From: Candidatus Krumholzibacteriia bacterium
GTDB lineage: Bacteria > Krumholzibacteriota > Krumholzibacteriia > WVZY01
Direction of reading: 5' to 3'
Length of the DNA stretch: 18,978 nucleotides
NCBI GenBank assembly: GCA_046754105.1
Contig: JBHHVD010000064.1
Span: forward strand, 1 to 18,978
In this document: piece by piece, positions 8,726-18,467 of the stretch
How the letters are laid out: every line of letters starts with the position of its first letter
Numbering within the stretch: the first letter of the stretch is position 1
The notes under the pieces: generated by a model
Databases searched by the model: none
Told to the model about the DNA's origin: nothing
Seen by the model: the letters and a program-made list of their open reading frames with translations, nothing else
Made by a program: the position numbers and the translations under genes

Positions 8726-10954
8726 TCAGTCGCCGTTATCGATAAAGCGGCCCGAGTCGTTCTTCCTGAAAGGAGCCGAGAAGACCGTACCATGGCAAAC
8801 ACCGTTACCGTGACGCAGCTGCGCAATCACGGCAGCCGCCGGATCGAAGCCGAGGCCCGCGGCCGGCATATCCATGTTCGGCCCCTTGGCCTTGAGTTTG
8901 GCTCGGGCCTTGCCGAAATCGCCGGGTCGCAGCTGCACCGTCTTTACGCCGTCCGGCGTGAGATTGTAGTCCTTGTACTTGTACCCTCTGCTCCCGAGGT
9001 CGCGCCACTCGTCGCCCGACGGAGCCGTGATCGAAAGGAGCACCGAAGACACCCCTCCTACCTCGAGGTACACGCACAGCGTCTGCGAATCAGAAGCGGT
9101 CGGGTCACCCAAGTCCCCCTTCGACACCGTGGGCCCGTTTCCCCACCTCCAAGTCAGCAGGTCCCTACCGTTCTTGCTCCTGAGCTTTAGCAACGAGCGT
9201 CCACCGGAGAGCGGCACCACGCACGACGGATCGGAATCGGCGTCAGCCACACAGGTGCCCGAGCCATCGCAGCGGTCGATCAAGGAGCAGACCTCGCCGT
9301 CGCTGCAAGGCGCGCCTTGGACCTCGAAGACGCAGTCTCCGGCGCAACAATCGCCGTCAACCGTGTTGCCATCGTCGCAGTCTTCGCCCGCCGTCGCCAC
9401 GCCGTTACCGCAGCTCGTATACCTGCAGTTGCTGTCGCAGCCGTCGCCGTTGACCGGGTTCCCGTCGTCGCATTCCTCGCCTGGATCGATGACGCCGTCG
9501 CCGCAACTCGCCTCGTCAGCGCCGGCGTCGACCGTAAAGCCCGAGATCCGCGTTGATCCGTCGAGATCGGTCTCGCCCACACCGGACACGTAGGCCGGGT
9601 TCCCGCCGTCAAACGCAGGCGAGCTCGTCGCGATGTGAAAGTCAGCCGCCGCCGGGGCGATGAGCTGGGGATCGGCGAACACGGAGTTCGCGTCGTTTCC
9701 GGTCCCACTCTGCCAGGACGCGAAGCCGAACAAGGATGCGCCATTGAGCGTGAACGACGCGGGCAGGCCGTCAACCGTATGAAAGATATTGTAGTCGAAG
9801 GTGTTGTCCACGCTCCCCTTAGACGACTCGACGATCACGTTATCGCCCTGCCCGTCGGCAACCACGATGTTGTTCTCGAAGACGTTGTTCTCGGCGTACT
9901 GGATCCAGATCTCACCTTGCCCGTTGCCGCTCTGGGACAAGGTGTTGTTCGCGTACAGCGTGTTGCCGCGAAAGATGTTACTGTTGGCGCGTCCGACGCC
10001 AGCGGCGAACCCACCGACGACGATCCCAGCCTTGTCGTTACGGTAGAATACATTGTTGCGGACCACCACGTTTCGCGCGACCAGGCCGGTATTCTCGGCG
10101 CCGACCTCGATGCCGAGGTCGGATTCGGTAGTTACGTTGTTCTCGATGACGATGTCACGCCCGCCATCCACGTAGATGGCGCCGGCAAAGCCGCCTCCGT
10201 ATATCGACCTGGCTCGAATCACCGTATTGCCGCGAACGAGCCCGTTTCGGGCCACGAGGCCCGGGGTCGGCTGTATATCGGTCTCGCCACCGATCATCAC
10301 GATGCCGATGTTGTTGACGTCGCGCACCAGGTTGTTGGTAAGCACAAATCCGTCGACGTTGCCGTTGACGGCAAGCGCTTCGCTACGCGCGGGGTCGCAG
10401 TCGAAGATCTCGTTGTTGTCGATTAGGAGGTTCTTGATCGGGCTGGCGTCGGTGCCATAAACGGTGATCCCCATCGCGTGTTTGCCCCGGATCTCGTGAA
10501 TGACGTTGTCGCGCAACTCGATGTCGGTCCCGGAGCCTAGGACGCGGATCCCGGAACCGTCGTTGACCCCGAGGTTGTTCACGATCTCGAAGCCGATTAC
10601 CTGCACGTAGCTCTTCGTATCAATCAGAATCATGTTCGCGCCGGCTACGCCAGTGCCGTCGAGGACCGGTGGGGTCGCCGCGCCTGGATCGGCCCGTAAC
10701 ACGATAGGGCCGAGCATCGCATCGCCACTCGAAGCGAACACAACCTTTTCGTTGTAGATTCCAGAGTCGACGTGAATCTCATCCCCTGCCGACGCAACGT
10801 CGAGTGCGGCCTGAACCGTCGTGTAGGTCGACGGGACCTTCAACGTGGCCGCCGAAACAGAGCCGGCCAAGCAGCAGGCGACCAGCGAAGCCAGCGCACG
10901 AAAGGCGCGGGCGGGGGTGCATGACGGGCTCAAGAGCCTAGTCGGTGAAAACAT
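8726..10954 (-). CDS. Secreted right-handed parallel beta-helix protein with Myxococcus-type Cys-rich repeats and a Lys-rich C-terminal domain (742 aa)
   Basis: Signal peptide (..CLAGSVSAA), VPSTYTTVQAALD..AGDEIHVDSGIYNE start and many PbH1-like repeats (IDNNEI, VIENNV, VVRNNV). Also DFHIATSSPAFDGG..DLDG..R..VDAGADE (choice-of-anchor-Q-like) and CGDG..GEECDDGN repeats. Confidence 0.88.
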   Translation of the reverse strand: MFSPTRLLSPSCTPARAFRALASLVACCLAGSVSAATLKVPSTYTTVQAALDVASAGDEIHVDSGIYNEKVVFASSGDAMLGPIVLRADPGAATPPVLDGTGVAGANMILIDTKSYVQVIGFEIVNNLGVNDGSGIRVLGSGTDIELRDNVIHEIRGKHAMGITVYGTDASPIKNLLIDNNEIFDCDPARSEALAVNGNVDGFVLTNNLVRDVNNIGIVMIGGETDIQPTPGLVARNGLVRGNTVIRARSIYGGGFAGAIYVDGGRDIVIENNVTTESDLGIEVGAENTGLVARNVVVRNNVFYRNDKAGIVVGGFAAGVGRANSNIFRGNTLYANNTLSQSGNGQGEIWIQYAENNVFENNIVVADGQGDNVIVESSKGSVDNTFDYNIFHTVDGLPASFTLNGASLFGFASWQSGTGNDANSVFADPQLIAPAAADFHIATSSPAFDGGNPAYVSGVGETDLDGSTRISGFTVDAGADEASCGDGVIDPGEECDDGNPVNGDGCDSNCRYTSCGNGVATAGEDCDDGNTVDGDCCAGDCVFEVQGAPCSDGEVCSLIDRCDGSGTCVADADSDPSCVVPLSGGRSLLKLRSKNGRDLLTWRWGNGPTVSKGDLGDPTASDSQTLCVYLEVGGVSSVLLSITAPSGDEWRDLGSRGYKYKDYNLTPDGVKTVQLRPGDFGKARAKLKAKGPNMDMPAAGLGFDPAAAVIAQLRHGNGVCHGTVFSAPFRKNDSGRFIDNGD
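9220..9505 (-). repeat. Tandem Myxococcus-type cysteine-rich protein repeats
   Basis: CGDGVIDPGEECDDGNPVNGDGCDSNC / CGNGVATAGEDCDDGNTVDGDCCAGDC / CSDGEVCSLIDRCDGSGTC. Confidence 0.85.
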
Positions 10955-11208
10955 CGTACTCCTGCTGGCGCGCAGCGTCCCGGTCGCAGCGCCGGTTCCG
11001 CCCGCCAGCCGTGTCCGACATTAGCTCGACGGCGGGCTAGTGTCACCCCACAAAGTATTTGCCTGCCGATGCAGGTCGAGAGGCTATTGAGGAATCGCTT
11101 CCGCTACCGTTTTGGGCGTAGAGAGCATAGCTGCATGAATCGAAATCAGCCCGAATACCCCTCGACCGGAGGAATGACGCAACAACGCCGAGAGATGCAT
11201 GCGTGAAT

Positions 11209-11224
11209 GTCTCACATATGAGAC
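11209..11224. promoter_or_regulatory. Inverted repeat GTCTCA-N4-TGAGAC, putative antitoxin operator
   Basis: Perfect 6-bp arms ending about 10 bp upstream of the inferred toxin start (GTG 11234). Confidence 0.55.
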
Positions 11225-11233
11225 TATCGCGGT

Positions 11234-11541
11234 GTGATAATTATCGCGGACGCGTGTCGGAGCGAGGTGAAGCGACTCCCGCACTCTATCCGTGCCGATC
11301 TGGCGGACGCCCTCGTTCAGGCCTGACCTTAGCCATGCCGCTGTCACGTCCGATGCCAAGCATTGGACGTGGAGTACACGAGCTGCGGGTCAAGGATCGC
11401 AGCGGCGCATACCGTATCGTCTATGCGCTGGTGATCGCTGGGACGGTCTGTGTGTTGCACGCATTCAAGAAGACGACTCGAACGACGCCGAAAGCAAATA
11501 TCGAACTCGCGAGAAAGCGATTGAAGGAGTTCACGTCATGA
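11234..11541 (+). pseudogene. RelE/ParE (HigB/Gp49-like) toxin, frameshifted
   Basis: The C-half GLTLAMPLSRPMPSIGRGVHELRVKDRSGAYRIVY..VLHAFKKTTRTTP is in frame 1. The matching N-half VIIIADACRSEVKRLPHSIRADLADAL starts at GTG 11234 in frame 2 and stops at TGA 11324-11326. Confidence 0.75.
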
Positions 11542-11822
11542 CTAAGAAGACCAGTGCTGCCACCCTCGCGGCTGATCTCGGAATTCTCAAGAGCCGAGTT
11601 GTCGAAGCGCAAATGAAAGCCAAGTTAGTCGCCGCAGTGGCCGCGGAAGTGCGGCGACGACGACTCACGCACACGCAGCTAGCAAACCATTCGGGCCTCG
11701 GGCGCACCACCGTGACGGGGATTCTCTCGGGCAGCCTGCAGAAAGTATCGCTGGGACGAGTACTGCGCTTGGTAGCGGCTGCCGGGCTAGAGGCTGACCT
11801 CAGGATCCGCCGCGCCGCGTGA
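11538..11822 (+). CDS. XRE-family HTH antitoxin (HigA-like, 94 aa)
   Basis: ATGA overlap with the toxin stop. KAKLVAAV..RRRLTHTQLANHSGLGRTTVTGILSGSLQKVSLGRVLRL is an HTH. Toxin-first gene order. Confidence 0.85.
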   Translation: MTKKTSAATLAADLGILKSRVVEAQMKAKLVAAVAAEVRRRRLTHTQLANHSGLGRTTVTGILSGSLQKVSLGRVLRLVAAAGLEADLRIRRAA

Positions 11823-11832
11823 CAGGATTCCG

Positions 11833-12200
11833 TTACGGGCGCGAGGCCTCGAAGAATCCGCCCAAGCCCAACACGTCGAGGGATCCCATGACCTTGAAGC
11901 CAGCCTCGCCGAGAGCCGCGCGGAAGCCGTCGTGATCGAAGCGGCCCCCCTGCAGATGATCGAACAAGCGCCGCCCAAGAGGATGGAAGGTCAACCGTTC
12001 GAAAATTCCCTCGGCATAGAGACGGCCACCCGGCTTTAGCACCCGATGGATCTCCCGCAGCGCATCGCGCCAACGCGGTACGTGGTGAAGGATTCCGAAC
12101 TCAGGAACCGCATCGTAGCTGTCGTCGCGCGCGTCGATCGCGCAGGCGTCACCGGTACTCACCCGGGCTCTGGCTCCAATACGGGCCGGTCGGGGCCGCT
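11833..12200 (-). pseudogene. Class I SAM-dependent methyltransferase, C-terminal fragment
   Basis: GDACAIDARDDSYDAV..FGILHHVPRWRDALREIHRVLKPGGRLY is present. The N-terminal SAM-binding motif I (GxGxG) is absent, and an in-frame stop lies just upstream. Confidence 0.72.
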
Positions 12201-12254
12201 CGCGCCAAACCGCTTTTGTGATCCTGGAAGCCGCGGCTCAGGTTCGCGCCGGCG

Positions 12255-12788
<534 letters not shown>

Positions 12789-12823
12789 GACCGTCTCCTT
12801 CGCTTCTCGTCGCTACGCCGCGT

Positions 12824-14338
12824 TCAGGGCCTTATCTCTCTTACCACCGGCTGGCTGCCGATGTCGCCGCTCGCCCAGCCACCGATCATCTCCGAGAACA
12901 GACCGGCGCCACCTCCGCAGTGAACGACGAGGAGCCCTCCGGGACGGAACTTCGGTATGGCCGAGCCCGCGAAATGGTCCGGCATGCCCTCGGCCATGCC
13001 GCTGGCTCCGCGCACGATTTCGTCGCCAGAAGCGGTGAGAAGCTCGCCGAGGCGCCCCAGTAACCGCTCTTTCGACCAACCCGCCTGTCGAAACACGCGT
13101 GAATGCTCTGGCCCGATGGCGAGCATGCAGTCGAAGATGAGCGCGAGCTTAGGGTGGTGCAGCGTGCGAAGACACGAGGCGTAGGTCTGCGTGAGCGAGT
13201 CGGGGTCGCGCGAAAGCTGGTCTACGATGCAGCGCGGTCCTTCCCCGGCAAAGAGCGTTACCGTGCTTCGGCCTTCCCTACTGCCGGCCGCGCCGCCCTC
13301 GCCCGCTCCGCCGTCCGCCACGACCGGGCTGCCCGGGAGGTCCGCGCAGAGCGGTCCCCACGGCGAGCCTTCTTCGTCCTCGGCGAAACAGAATCCGAGC
13401 TTTCCGGGATTGCCGTGGGTCGCACGGTCAACCTCACCCGGACGGCCACCGCCGACGTTGCGTATGACGAGTTGCACGGCACGGCCGATGGTCGCGTTCG
13501 CCCTGTTACCCTGGCCGAACACATTGACGCCGCTGTTCATGCCGATGGCGCGACGAATCGGCCCGTTCACGACGATGACGGGCCCCACCGGCATGGTCGT
13601 GGCGAGCACGCCGTGGACATTGAACTCGTCCGTGCAAGCGGCTTCCACGGCCGCGAGCACAACGGGAAGATACTCGGGCCTACAGCCGGCCATGACGGCG
13701 TTGATCGCGACCTTCTCGACGTCGATCTCGACGAGGTCCGGGGGCACCACCGCCACGATCTCGCGCGGGCCGCGCGTGGTACCCTCGAGCATTGCCATCA
13801 CCCGCGCTTCGGTTGGAGGTACGACGGGAAGCCCGTCGGTCCAGCCGCGCGCGTAAAACGCCTCGATCTCGTCTTCGGCGGCGGCGACCTCGATGCGACG
13901 AGAGTGGAGCACCGAGCTACCGTAACGCGCGGCCAGAACATGAACACGGGAAGGATCCACGCTCATGGAACCGCAGCCGGGTCTCCACGCCGGTAGTTCC
14001 GGTCCCAGACCGCCCTGCCCCGTGAAAGCCTCCCAGTCCTCGCGCTGCCACCCCTCAAGACGTGCGGTCTCCACACCATCCTCGACGCGAAGCAGGGTGG
14101 GAACCGAATCGATGCCGTAGTGCCAGGACAGCTCCAGGCTGGTGTCGTCGACCGCGTCAACGCCGTCGGGAAAGGCGGGGTCGTCTTGAGTATAGACCGT
14201 GAGGGACACCCGGTGCGAAAGCTCGACGAGGACTGGCGCGACTAGTTCACAGGTAGGGCACTCTCGCTTGACGATCGCGACGATGCCGTCAGGAAGGACC
14301 GGCTTTTCCTTGTTTGCGCTCACCGTTCTTGTCCGCAA
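12824..14338 (-). CDS. Thioredoxin-fold (CPTC) domain fused to the large uncharacterised domain that accompanies UGSC proteins (~500 aa; start uncertain)
   Basis: VKRECPTCELV...IDSVPTL thioredoxin-like N-domain and WRPGCGS linker. GWTDGLPVVPPTEARV, EKVAINAVMAGC, GNRANATIGRA and HGNPGK follow. It ends 35 bp upstream of the UGSC gene. Confidence 0.85.
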   Translation of the reverse strand: MRTRTVSANKEKPVLPDGIVAIVKRECPTCELVAPVLVELSHRVSLTVYTQDDPAFPDGVDAVDDTSLELSWHYGIDSVPTLLRVEDGVETARLEGWQREDWEAFTGQGGLGPELPAWRPGCGSMSVDPSRVHVLAARYGSSVLHSRRIEVAAAEDEIEAFYARGWTDGLPVVPPTEARVMAMLEGTTRGPREIVAVVPPDLVEIDVEKVAINAVMAGCRPEYLPVVLAAVEAACTDEFNVHGVLATTMPVGPVIVVNGPIRRAIGMNSGVNVFGQGNRANATIGRAVQLVIRNVGGGRPGEVDRATHGNPGKLGFCFAEDEEGSPWGPLCADLPGSPVVADGGAGEGGAAGSREGRSTVTLFAGEGPRCIVDQLSRDPDSLTQTYASCLRTLHHPKLALIFDCMLAIGPEHSRVFRQAGWSKERLLGRLGELLTASGDEIVRGASGMAEGMPDHFAGSAIPKFRPGGLLVVHCGGGAGLFSEMIGGWASGDIGSQPVVREIRP

Positions 14339-14624
14339 CCTTTGGCCGCGGCTCTCATGACCGCTTCGGCCCGGGAGAGATCGCCCGCCCGCGTGACCGA
14401 CGTCGCGATCGCCGGCAACGCCGCCGAGTACGACCGCGAGAAGGATGAGTTAGACTATGTAGGCCAACGGGCTCTGTCGAGAGAAAGCCGCACTGCAAGC
14501 GAGGTTTTCTAGCGACAATCTCTGGCTCGGGGTGTGTAAATACCCAGGGCGGATAACCAGATCGGCCAGCGGGGGTGCACTCGAAGCTCGATCCTCCGGA
14601 ATCGACGGCCTCGCGACTCGCCCC

Positions 14625-16886
14625 TCAGTACCCGATCCAGGCGTAGACGGCGGCCACCCGCGCGTCGATCTGCGACTCGAGGCAAGCTGCAAGCTCCGAA
14701 AAGCCGCCAGAGTCCTGGCAATTCCCGGGAAACGCGTTGACACGATCGACACCCAGGCACTTCTTGCCGAGAACCTTGCGCAGCTTGGCCATAACCTTAG
14801 AGATCTTACCGCTCGGGTCGGCGCCCAGGCATTCGCCCAGTTCGCCGGCGTTGCCCACGGCATCGATGATCGGGGTGCCTCCTTTGGGACCCTTGAGCCC
14901 ATCCTTGGCGCACTTGCCAAAGACCTTGAGCTTGGTCTTTACGATCTTGCCGGAGAACTTCGCGACCACCGCCTGACACTTGGCGCCAGCCTTGTCGGCC
15001 GCGGCGCGGATGATGTGATCATCGACGAGCGGCCCGCCACCGGTATCCGGCTGCTGGCCGAATATGTCGTAGATCAGGCCGGCCTCACCGCTGATGGCCG
15101 CGGCGATGACGGCAGCTGAGTCGGCCTGGGCGAAGTCGGGCGTGACGCTGCACGCCTTCTGCGCGAGCTTGTCGGCCTTGTCGCTGGCGGCGATGATCTT
15201 GTTCTTTACATCGGAGCTCAGGCAAACATCAACATCGTCCACCCGGCCCTTGCCCGCACTGGCGACGCAGGTAGCGGCGAGTTTGCTCTGCGCGGCGGCG
15301 ACCGTCCCTCCCCCCTTGAGCAGGGCGTTTATGCATTTCTGCTGGCCACGCGTCTGAGGAACCCGCAGCTTGGCGGCGTCCTCGGCGAGCAAGAACCCGG
15401 CTGTCATCAAAGCCTCAATCCGCTGCTTCGTCTGCGCCGCAAAATCGTCGCCGCCCTCGTATAGGGTCTCCAGCGTCTGAAGATCAAAGGGAGTCACGGT
15501 GCCAGAACGAATGCAAAACAGATTCCCCAAAGCAGCGAGCGACGCCGGGAGGTCGGGGGCGGCGCTGTTGCTCACGCCGTAGGTCGCGATCGGCACGTCG
15601 AGCAGCGGCAGGCGAATGCCGCCGCGAGCGTTGCCAAACGCATCGGTCACGATGGCGCCGTCGGCGACCTCTATCAGCTCTCCGTGCGGTGGGTCGGTGC
15701 CGAAACGAGCGTGAAGTTCCATGTTCTCCCACATCGCGTTGTAAAGGTAGGAGCCGAACATGGGCCCGTCTGCCAGCGTGTTGAGCGGCTCGGAACATGC
15801 GTCCTCGAGAAACAGCGGGCCCGGACCCAAGCCCAGCAGGTTCGCGGCGACCGCCGGCAGGATCTCGACGTTCTTGTGAACGGTGACGTGGGCGGTCCCC
15901 GGCATCTCATAGTAGCGGAAGTTGAGAATGTCGGTCTGGCGGGCAACCGCGAAGCTGCTGCCGGCGATCAACGAGGCGACGTCGGTGCCGGTCATCGCTC
16001 GGTAGACGGGAACCGGCAGGTCGGTGCGAACCAGCCGCTGGTCGCCGGTGAGTGCCGGCGTACAGCCTGGATAGGCCGGCGAGCCGGGCTCACCGCAGAC
16101 CGGGCCGAAGTTTATCGGCCGCGCGCCACCGGCGGCCTGGATGAAGTAACCGTCGTTTACCGGAAAGTGAAAGGCGCTGGCGTAGGTGACCATCGAGCCA
16201 CCCTGCTGCGACTGGCCGGCGTGGAAGATGCGCTGCACCGCGTAGTCCGGGTGCAACGGGTTCTCCGAACTCGCGCTCTTCAGTAGATTTGCAATCTGAC
16301 TGACCATTTCGAAGGCCTGGCCGTTCTCGGTCATCACCAGGCCGGCGTAGCGTGTACCACAGGTATCGCCGAGCAGGCTCACGCCCAGCAGCGGACAGCC
16401 GTCCACCAGGTAGTCCAGCGACGTGGTGCTGTTGGTCACGCCGACATAGACGATGCCCTTGCGCGCGAAGTACTCGGCCGATGCGTCCCAGACCGGGCTG
16501 GTGTCCCAGCCGGCGGTCGAGTTCCACCATTCGATGACTACCGTCCCGTTGAAGCGGGCCGAATCGGTTGGCCGCCGCACGATGATCCGGGTGGTGTATG
16601 GCAGGTCCGGGTCGAGCGGGATGATCTCGCCGCGAACGGGGGGATCGTTGTAAGTGTAGACCGTGGCCGCGCCTGATACGAAGTACTCCTCCTCCACCAT
16701 GGCGGCCTGCGGGTCGAGGTCTGCGACCGCTCGCACCTCGGGAGAGAAAATCGGGCCCTGGTCTAGTGGAGCCGCGGTCACGGTGACCGGAGCAAAGGGG
16801 TCAGCAGCCACCTCGCCCGGCGCCGGCAGGATCAGCAAGGCGGCGATTACTACCGGAAGTACGAACGCGCGCAAGGGTCTCGCCAT
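14625..16886 (-). CDS. Secreted alpha/beta-hydrolase-domain protein (Abhydrolase_10-like) with a duplicated Cys-rich helical C-terminal domain (753 aa)
   Basis: Signal peptide; EEEYFVSG.A, YTTRIIVRRP...RFNGTVVIEWWN, nucleophile HAGQSQQG, YYEMPGTAH and DAFGNARGGIRLP..DVPIATY. Confidence 0.88.
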   Translation of the reverse strand: MARPLRAFVLPVVIAALLILPAPGEVAADPFAPVTVTAAPLDQGPIFSPEVRAVADLDPQAAMVEEEYFVSGAATVYTYNDPPVRGEIIPLDPDLPYTTRIIVRRPTDSARFNGTVVIEWWNSTAGWDTSPVWDASAEYFARKGIVYVGVTNSTTSLDYLVDGCPLLGVSLLGDTCGTRYAGLVMTENGQAFEMVSQIANLLKSASSENPLHPDYAVQRIFHAGQSQQGGSMVTYASAFHFPVNDGYFIQAAGGARPINFGPVCGEPGSPAYPGCTPALTGDQRLVRTDLPVPVYRAMTGTDVASLIAGSSFAVARQTDILNFRYYEMPGTAHVTVHKNVEILPAVAANLLGLGPGPLFLEDACSEPLNTLADGPMFGSYLYNAMWENMELHARFGTDPPHGELIEVADGAIVTDAFGNARGGIRLPLLDVPIATYGVSNSAAPDLPASLAALGNLFCIRSGTVTPFDLQTLETLYEGGDDFAAQTKQRIEALMTAGFLLAEDAAKLRVPQTRGQQKCINALLKGGGTVAAAQSKLAATCVASAGKGRVDDVDVCLSSDVKNKIIAASDKADKLAQKACSVTPDFAQADSAAVIAAAISGEAGLIYDIFGQQPDTGGGPLVDDHIIRAAADKAGAKCQAVVAKFSGKIVKTKLKVFGKCAKDGLKGPKGGTPIIDAVGNAGELGECLGADPSGKISKVMAKLRKVLGKKCLGVDRVNAFPGNCQDSGGFSELAACLESQIDARVAAVYAWIGY

Positions 16887-16951
16887 CGTCCCCCTCCCGA
16901 ATAGGCACGACTATGCGCGCCGATGGCCGCTGTGCCAAAACGGGCCTTCTG

Positions 16952-16990
16952 CGAGTACTCGACACGAACCGCACACCTCTCGAGTACTCG
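16952..16990. promoter_or_regulatory. Two identical 10-bp palindromes CGAGTACTCG, putative TF sites
   Basis: Copies at 16952-16961 and 16981-16990, about 65-105 bp upstream of the 16886 start. Confidence 0.45.
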
Positions 16991-17077
16991 TATGCCGAGT
17001 CGCTAGATTCGTTCGGAAAGTGCTCCGCGAATCACAGACGCCACTCCCTACCGATGATGATGCCTATCCCAAGTCGC

Positions 17078-17670
17078 TCATGGCCCGCAGTCGACCTGAC
17101 AGTTAGTGGCGTCCTCTCCCGAATCGCACCACCCGTTGCCACAGAGCGGACACATTTTCGTGGCTACGGCCGGAGATGCCAGGCCGCCTCCGCCGGTGAG
17201 AATAGCCTCCGGTGCCGAGCCGGGCCCAGACAAGATCACGAAGTCGCTCGAACTAGGCGTTACGGAGCCCTTAAAGTAACACCTAGCCAGATCCGGCCCC
17301 GCAAAGCCGGACGGACCTGACGGCAATGTACTCGTAAGGTCGAACACGGGCAATACCGTCTTAGGCGAACTGAGCGTGGGGAAGGCTGCCACTAGGTCGT
17401 CACTCGCAGGATCGACGATATTAACGAGCGGGGCACAACTCGCTCCACCACTATCTAAACAGAACTCCCCGAGCGCAGAAGAATGATCAACCCCGAAAAC
17501 GAAGACGTCAAACAGCGAGGTCGAATCCGGACTCAGCACTTCGAATCCTACAGCGGTCGGGCAATTCAGAAAGCACAACCCATCGTTTTCGCCACTGACT
17601 ACGCAGTGTAGGCAGCTCAAGGCGTCCACGAGCGATACCGCACAGGTTCCGCCAAGATCAAGGCATCCTC
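17078..17670 (-). pseudogene. 3' part of a secreted Cys-rich protein (dockerin-like half repeat, Cys-rich C-terminus), lacking its 5' end
   Basis: CLDLGGTCAVSLVDALSCLHCVV is dockerin-like (D..G.....DAL..L). The terminus is CGNGWCDSGEDATNCQVDC. No signal peptide. The predicted first ~22 aa overlap the opposite-strand coding remnant. Confidence 0.55.
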
Positions 17671-18142
17671 CAAGCAAGACGGGCAGCGCATCGAGCTCAA
17701 GGTCAAAGCGAAGTTTCCGCTTGAAGGGTTTTACCACCGGCCGGATGAGACCGGCCTTATCGTGGTCATTACCGATTCTCTCTCAAATGAGCTCTACCGC
17801 GTGCAGCTCCCGCCCGAAGCGTTCAAAGACAAGGGCGGTAAGGGCGAGAAGTTCAAGTTCAAGAGTGACAAGAACCCCCAGGTGGACGCCGAGGGGCTAG
17901 AAAAGATTAAGCTGCGCGTCGACTCGGAAAAGGGCTTTGTGAAGGTGACGGTCAAGGCGAAAGATGCGCCCGTCCAGCTGCCGGCCGGCTTGACGGCGAT
18001 GGGTCTGGAACTCGGGTTCACGGACCAGTCGCCCGCGGGCTGTCTCCTCTGGCCGTGGTTGCCATGCGATATCGAGTCGGATCACGACGACCACGAAGAA
18101 AAAGAAGAAGAGGTCAAGTGCCGATCGACGAGCGAGTACTGA
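17645..18142 (+). pseudogene. 3' part of a secreted protein (Lys-rich C-terminal beta domain), lacking its 5' end
   Basis: The frame of ORF 17762..18142 stays open and protein-like upstream (SAKIKASSKQDGQRIELKVKAKFP..PDETGLIVVITD) to TAG 17609-17611 with no earlier start codon. Strongly GC3-biased codons. Confidence 0.55.
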
Positions 18143-18215
18143 CGCTGGCGGTCGCCTCCTCTGCAGACTGCCAGGCCGGAAAAGACTGAGTTACACGACC
18201 GACGATTATCTCGGC

Positions 18216-18467
18216 TTATGTCGGAGGCGGCTCGTAACCGGCGTCGATACAGAGCTCAGCGCGCGGGCGGCGTTGTTTTCGCGCCACCGGGCGCAGCTTC
18301 TTCTCTCGAATAGCATCGTCGACGCAGGTGGTGGGTGAAGTCACCGACGGCACCTCAGCTGTAAAGCGCTGATTTACTTCGCCGGTTCCCATCGACTGTT
18401 CGAAAGCCCAAACAGAAACCGCCAGCCAGGCAAAAGTCGCCAGGCCCGCCGCTATATACCCCCACAT
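18216..18467 (-). CDS. Small hypothetical protein with N-terminal hydrophobic/signal segment (83 aa)
   Basis: GGGGAG RBS before the ATG. The hydrophobic stretch is MWGYIAAGLATFAWLAVSVWA. Confidence 0.5.
   Translation of the reverse strand: MWGYIAAGLATFAWLAVSVWAFEQSMGTGEVNQRFTAEVPSVTSPTTCVDDAIREKKLRPVARKQRRPRAELCIDAGYEPPPT

Noticed and set aside
11017..11044. Inverted repeat GACATTAGC...GCTAGTGTC
   Set aside because: Single imperfect copy with no U-tract or second instance; function not assignable.
11292..11537. N-terminal extension of the antitoxin ORF (176-aa call)
   Set aside because: It overlaps the toxin. The ATG at 11538 coupled to the toxin stop gives a normal-sized antitoxin.
14357..14512. 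51-aa plus-strand ORF (MTASARERS...SEVF)
   Set aside because: No RBS or recognisable motif; it may be another remnant but cannot be supported.
14475..14517. Imperfect hairpin TGTCG.GAGAAAGCC...GGTTTTCT..CGACA upstream of the thioredoxin-UGSC pair
   Set aside because: No U-tract and no riboswitch or ncRNA consensus I can recognise; an Rfam search would be needed.
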